DNA of 7,098 nt. Origin: a virus (Duplodnaviria; Heunggongvirae; Uroviricota; Caudoviricetes). Where the stretch lies: IMG/VR virus record IMGVR_UViG_2606217102_000007; one strand, given 5' to 3'. The position numbers and the translations under genes are program-made. Positions within the stretch are counted from its first letter, which is position 1. Every line of letters starts with the position of its first letter. Below the pieces are notes generated by a model. The model was not told the DNA's origin, did no database searches, and saw nothing but the letters and a program-made list of their open reading frames with translations. Below are positions 6,396 through 7,098 of this stretch, piece after piece.

Positions 6396-7098
6396 ATGAT
6401 TCACTATCACGGTGGGCCTATTACTCCGGATACGTGCGCCATGAGAGCATGGAAAGGGCGACATGCGTTTATCAGTTTTGCGCATTCAGGCCAGATCAAT
6501 CTCGCGGCTGAATACTGTCAGTCGTTCGCGCTGGACAACGGTGCATTCACCGCCTGGAAAGCAGCTGGCAAAAACAAAATCGACTGGAGCGATTACTACG
6601 AGTTTGTTGCTCGCTGGAAGAATCACCCAGGATTCGATTTTGCCATTATCCCGGATGTTATTGATGGCGGAGAGGAGAAAAATGATGCGCTTCTGAATGA
6701 GTGGCCTCACGGAAAACTAGCTGGCGTTCCAGTGTGGCACATGAATGAAAGTGACGAGCGATTTATTCATTTGTGCAATGAGTTTCCGCGAGTGGCTATC
6801 GGTAGTTGTGGCGACTATGACGTAAAGCGCCCAACTCTTGCGGTAGCCAGAATGAAAGACCTGATTCGTCACATTGTTGATGAGCATGGTCAGCCGGTTA
6901 CGAAACTACATGGATTGCGCATGTTAAATCCGCAGATATTCACAAAATTACCCTTAGCCAGCGCAGATAGTACGAACGTCGCTCGAAACATCGGTATTGA
7001 TAAAGCCTGGTCTGGGGCTTATGCACCTGCAAGTAAAGAGACACGCGCAGCATTAATGGTAGAACGGATTGAGGCACACAATAGCCCTGGTTCTCTTG
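6396..7098 (+). CDS. TGT-superfamily protein, candidate DpdA-like 7-deazaguanine DNA transglycosylase (first 234 codons; continues past window end)
   Basis: ATG at 6396 with AGGAG 6 nt upstream, open to the window end, so absent from the ORF track. Motif order and spacing parallel bacterial Tgt: LDNGAF (D47, 6534-6536) vs TDSGGF; AIIPDVIDGG vs IVMIFDEC; RVAIGSCGD vs YAVGGLAVGE; KLHGLRMLNP vs YLMGVGKP; ADSTNVARNIG (D191, 6966-6968) vs FDCVMPTRNARNG, the nucleophile-Asp motif. No Zn-binding CxCxxC is seen in the portion present. Confidence 0.55.
   Translation, partial: MIHYHGGPITPDTCAMRAWKGRHAFISFAHSGQINLAAEYCQSFALDNGAFTAWKAAGKNKIDWSDYYEFVARWKNHPGFDFAIIPDVIDGGEEKNDALLNEWPHGKLAGVPVWHMNESDERFIHLCNEFPRVAIGSCGDYDVKRPTLAVARMKDLIRHIVDEHGQPVTKLHGLRMLNPQIFTKLPLASADSTNVARNIGIDKAWSGAYAPASKETRAALMVERIEAHNSPGSL

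Noticed and set aside
4825-6710. Minus-strand ORFs antisense to the operon (4825-5016, 5144-5458, 5277-5501, 5502-5747, 5752-6081, 6066-6248, 6486-6710)
   Set aside because: All overlap plus-strand genes that have RBSs and coupled junctions; their compositions (Ser/Leu/Arg/Cys-rich) are typical of antisense reading of coiled-coil or acidic coding sequence.
1-7098. tRNA gene, att site or CRISPR array
   Set aside because: No cloverleaf-like tRNA candidate and no regularly spaced direct repeats were seen; the prophage integration boundary is probably outside the window.

Overview
The window looks like a defective P22-like (lambdoid) prophage remnant from an Enterobacteriaceae genome, assembled from three parts. 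(1) Positions 1-1431 are the end of an IS66-family insertion sequence on the minus strand (tnpA, tnpB and the first 110 codons of tnpC, which runs off the left edge). Its terminal inverted repeat (GTAAGCG end) sits inside the 3' end of a phage gene. (2) Positions 1432-~4545 carry a minus-strand cassette of three phage genes whose order and sizes fit the P22 gp7/gp20/gp16 DNA-ejection proteins. The gp16-like gene is cut at its 3' end by the IS and the gp7-like gene has lost its 5' end. (3) Positions ~4535-7098 carry a plus-strand operon of tightly packed, translationally coupled accessory genes: the 3' fragment of a DEDDh-type exonuclease gene, four small genes (one Ead/Ea22-like), and a partial gene with the motif order of the tRNA-guanine transglycosylase (TGT) superfamily, i.e. 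a candidate DpdA-like 7-deazaguanine DNA transglycosylase. The antisense overlap at ~4535-4700 suggests a large internal deletion joined the ejection-protein module directly to the early-left accessory region. No rRNA, tRNA or CRISPR array was seen. All product calls rest on my reading of motifs and gene order; no database search was run.
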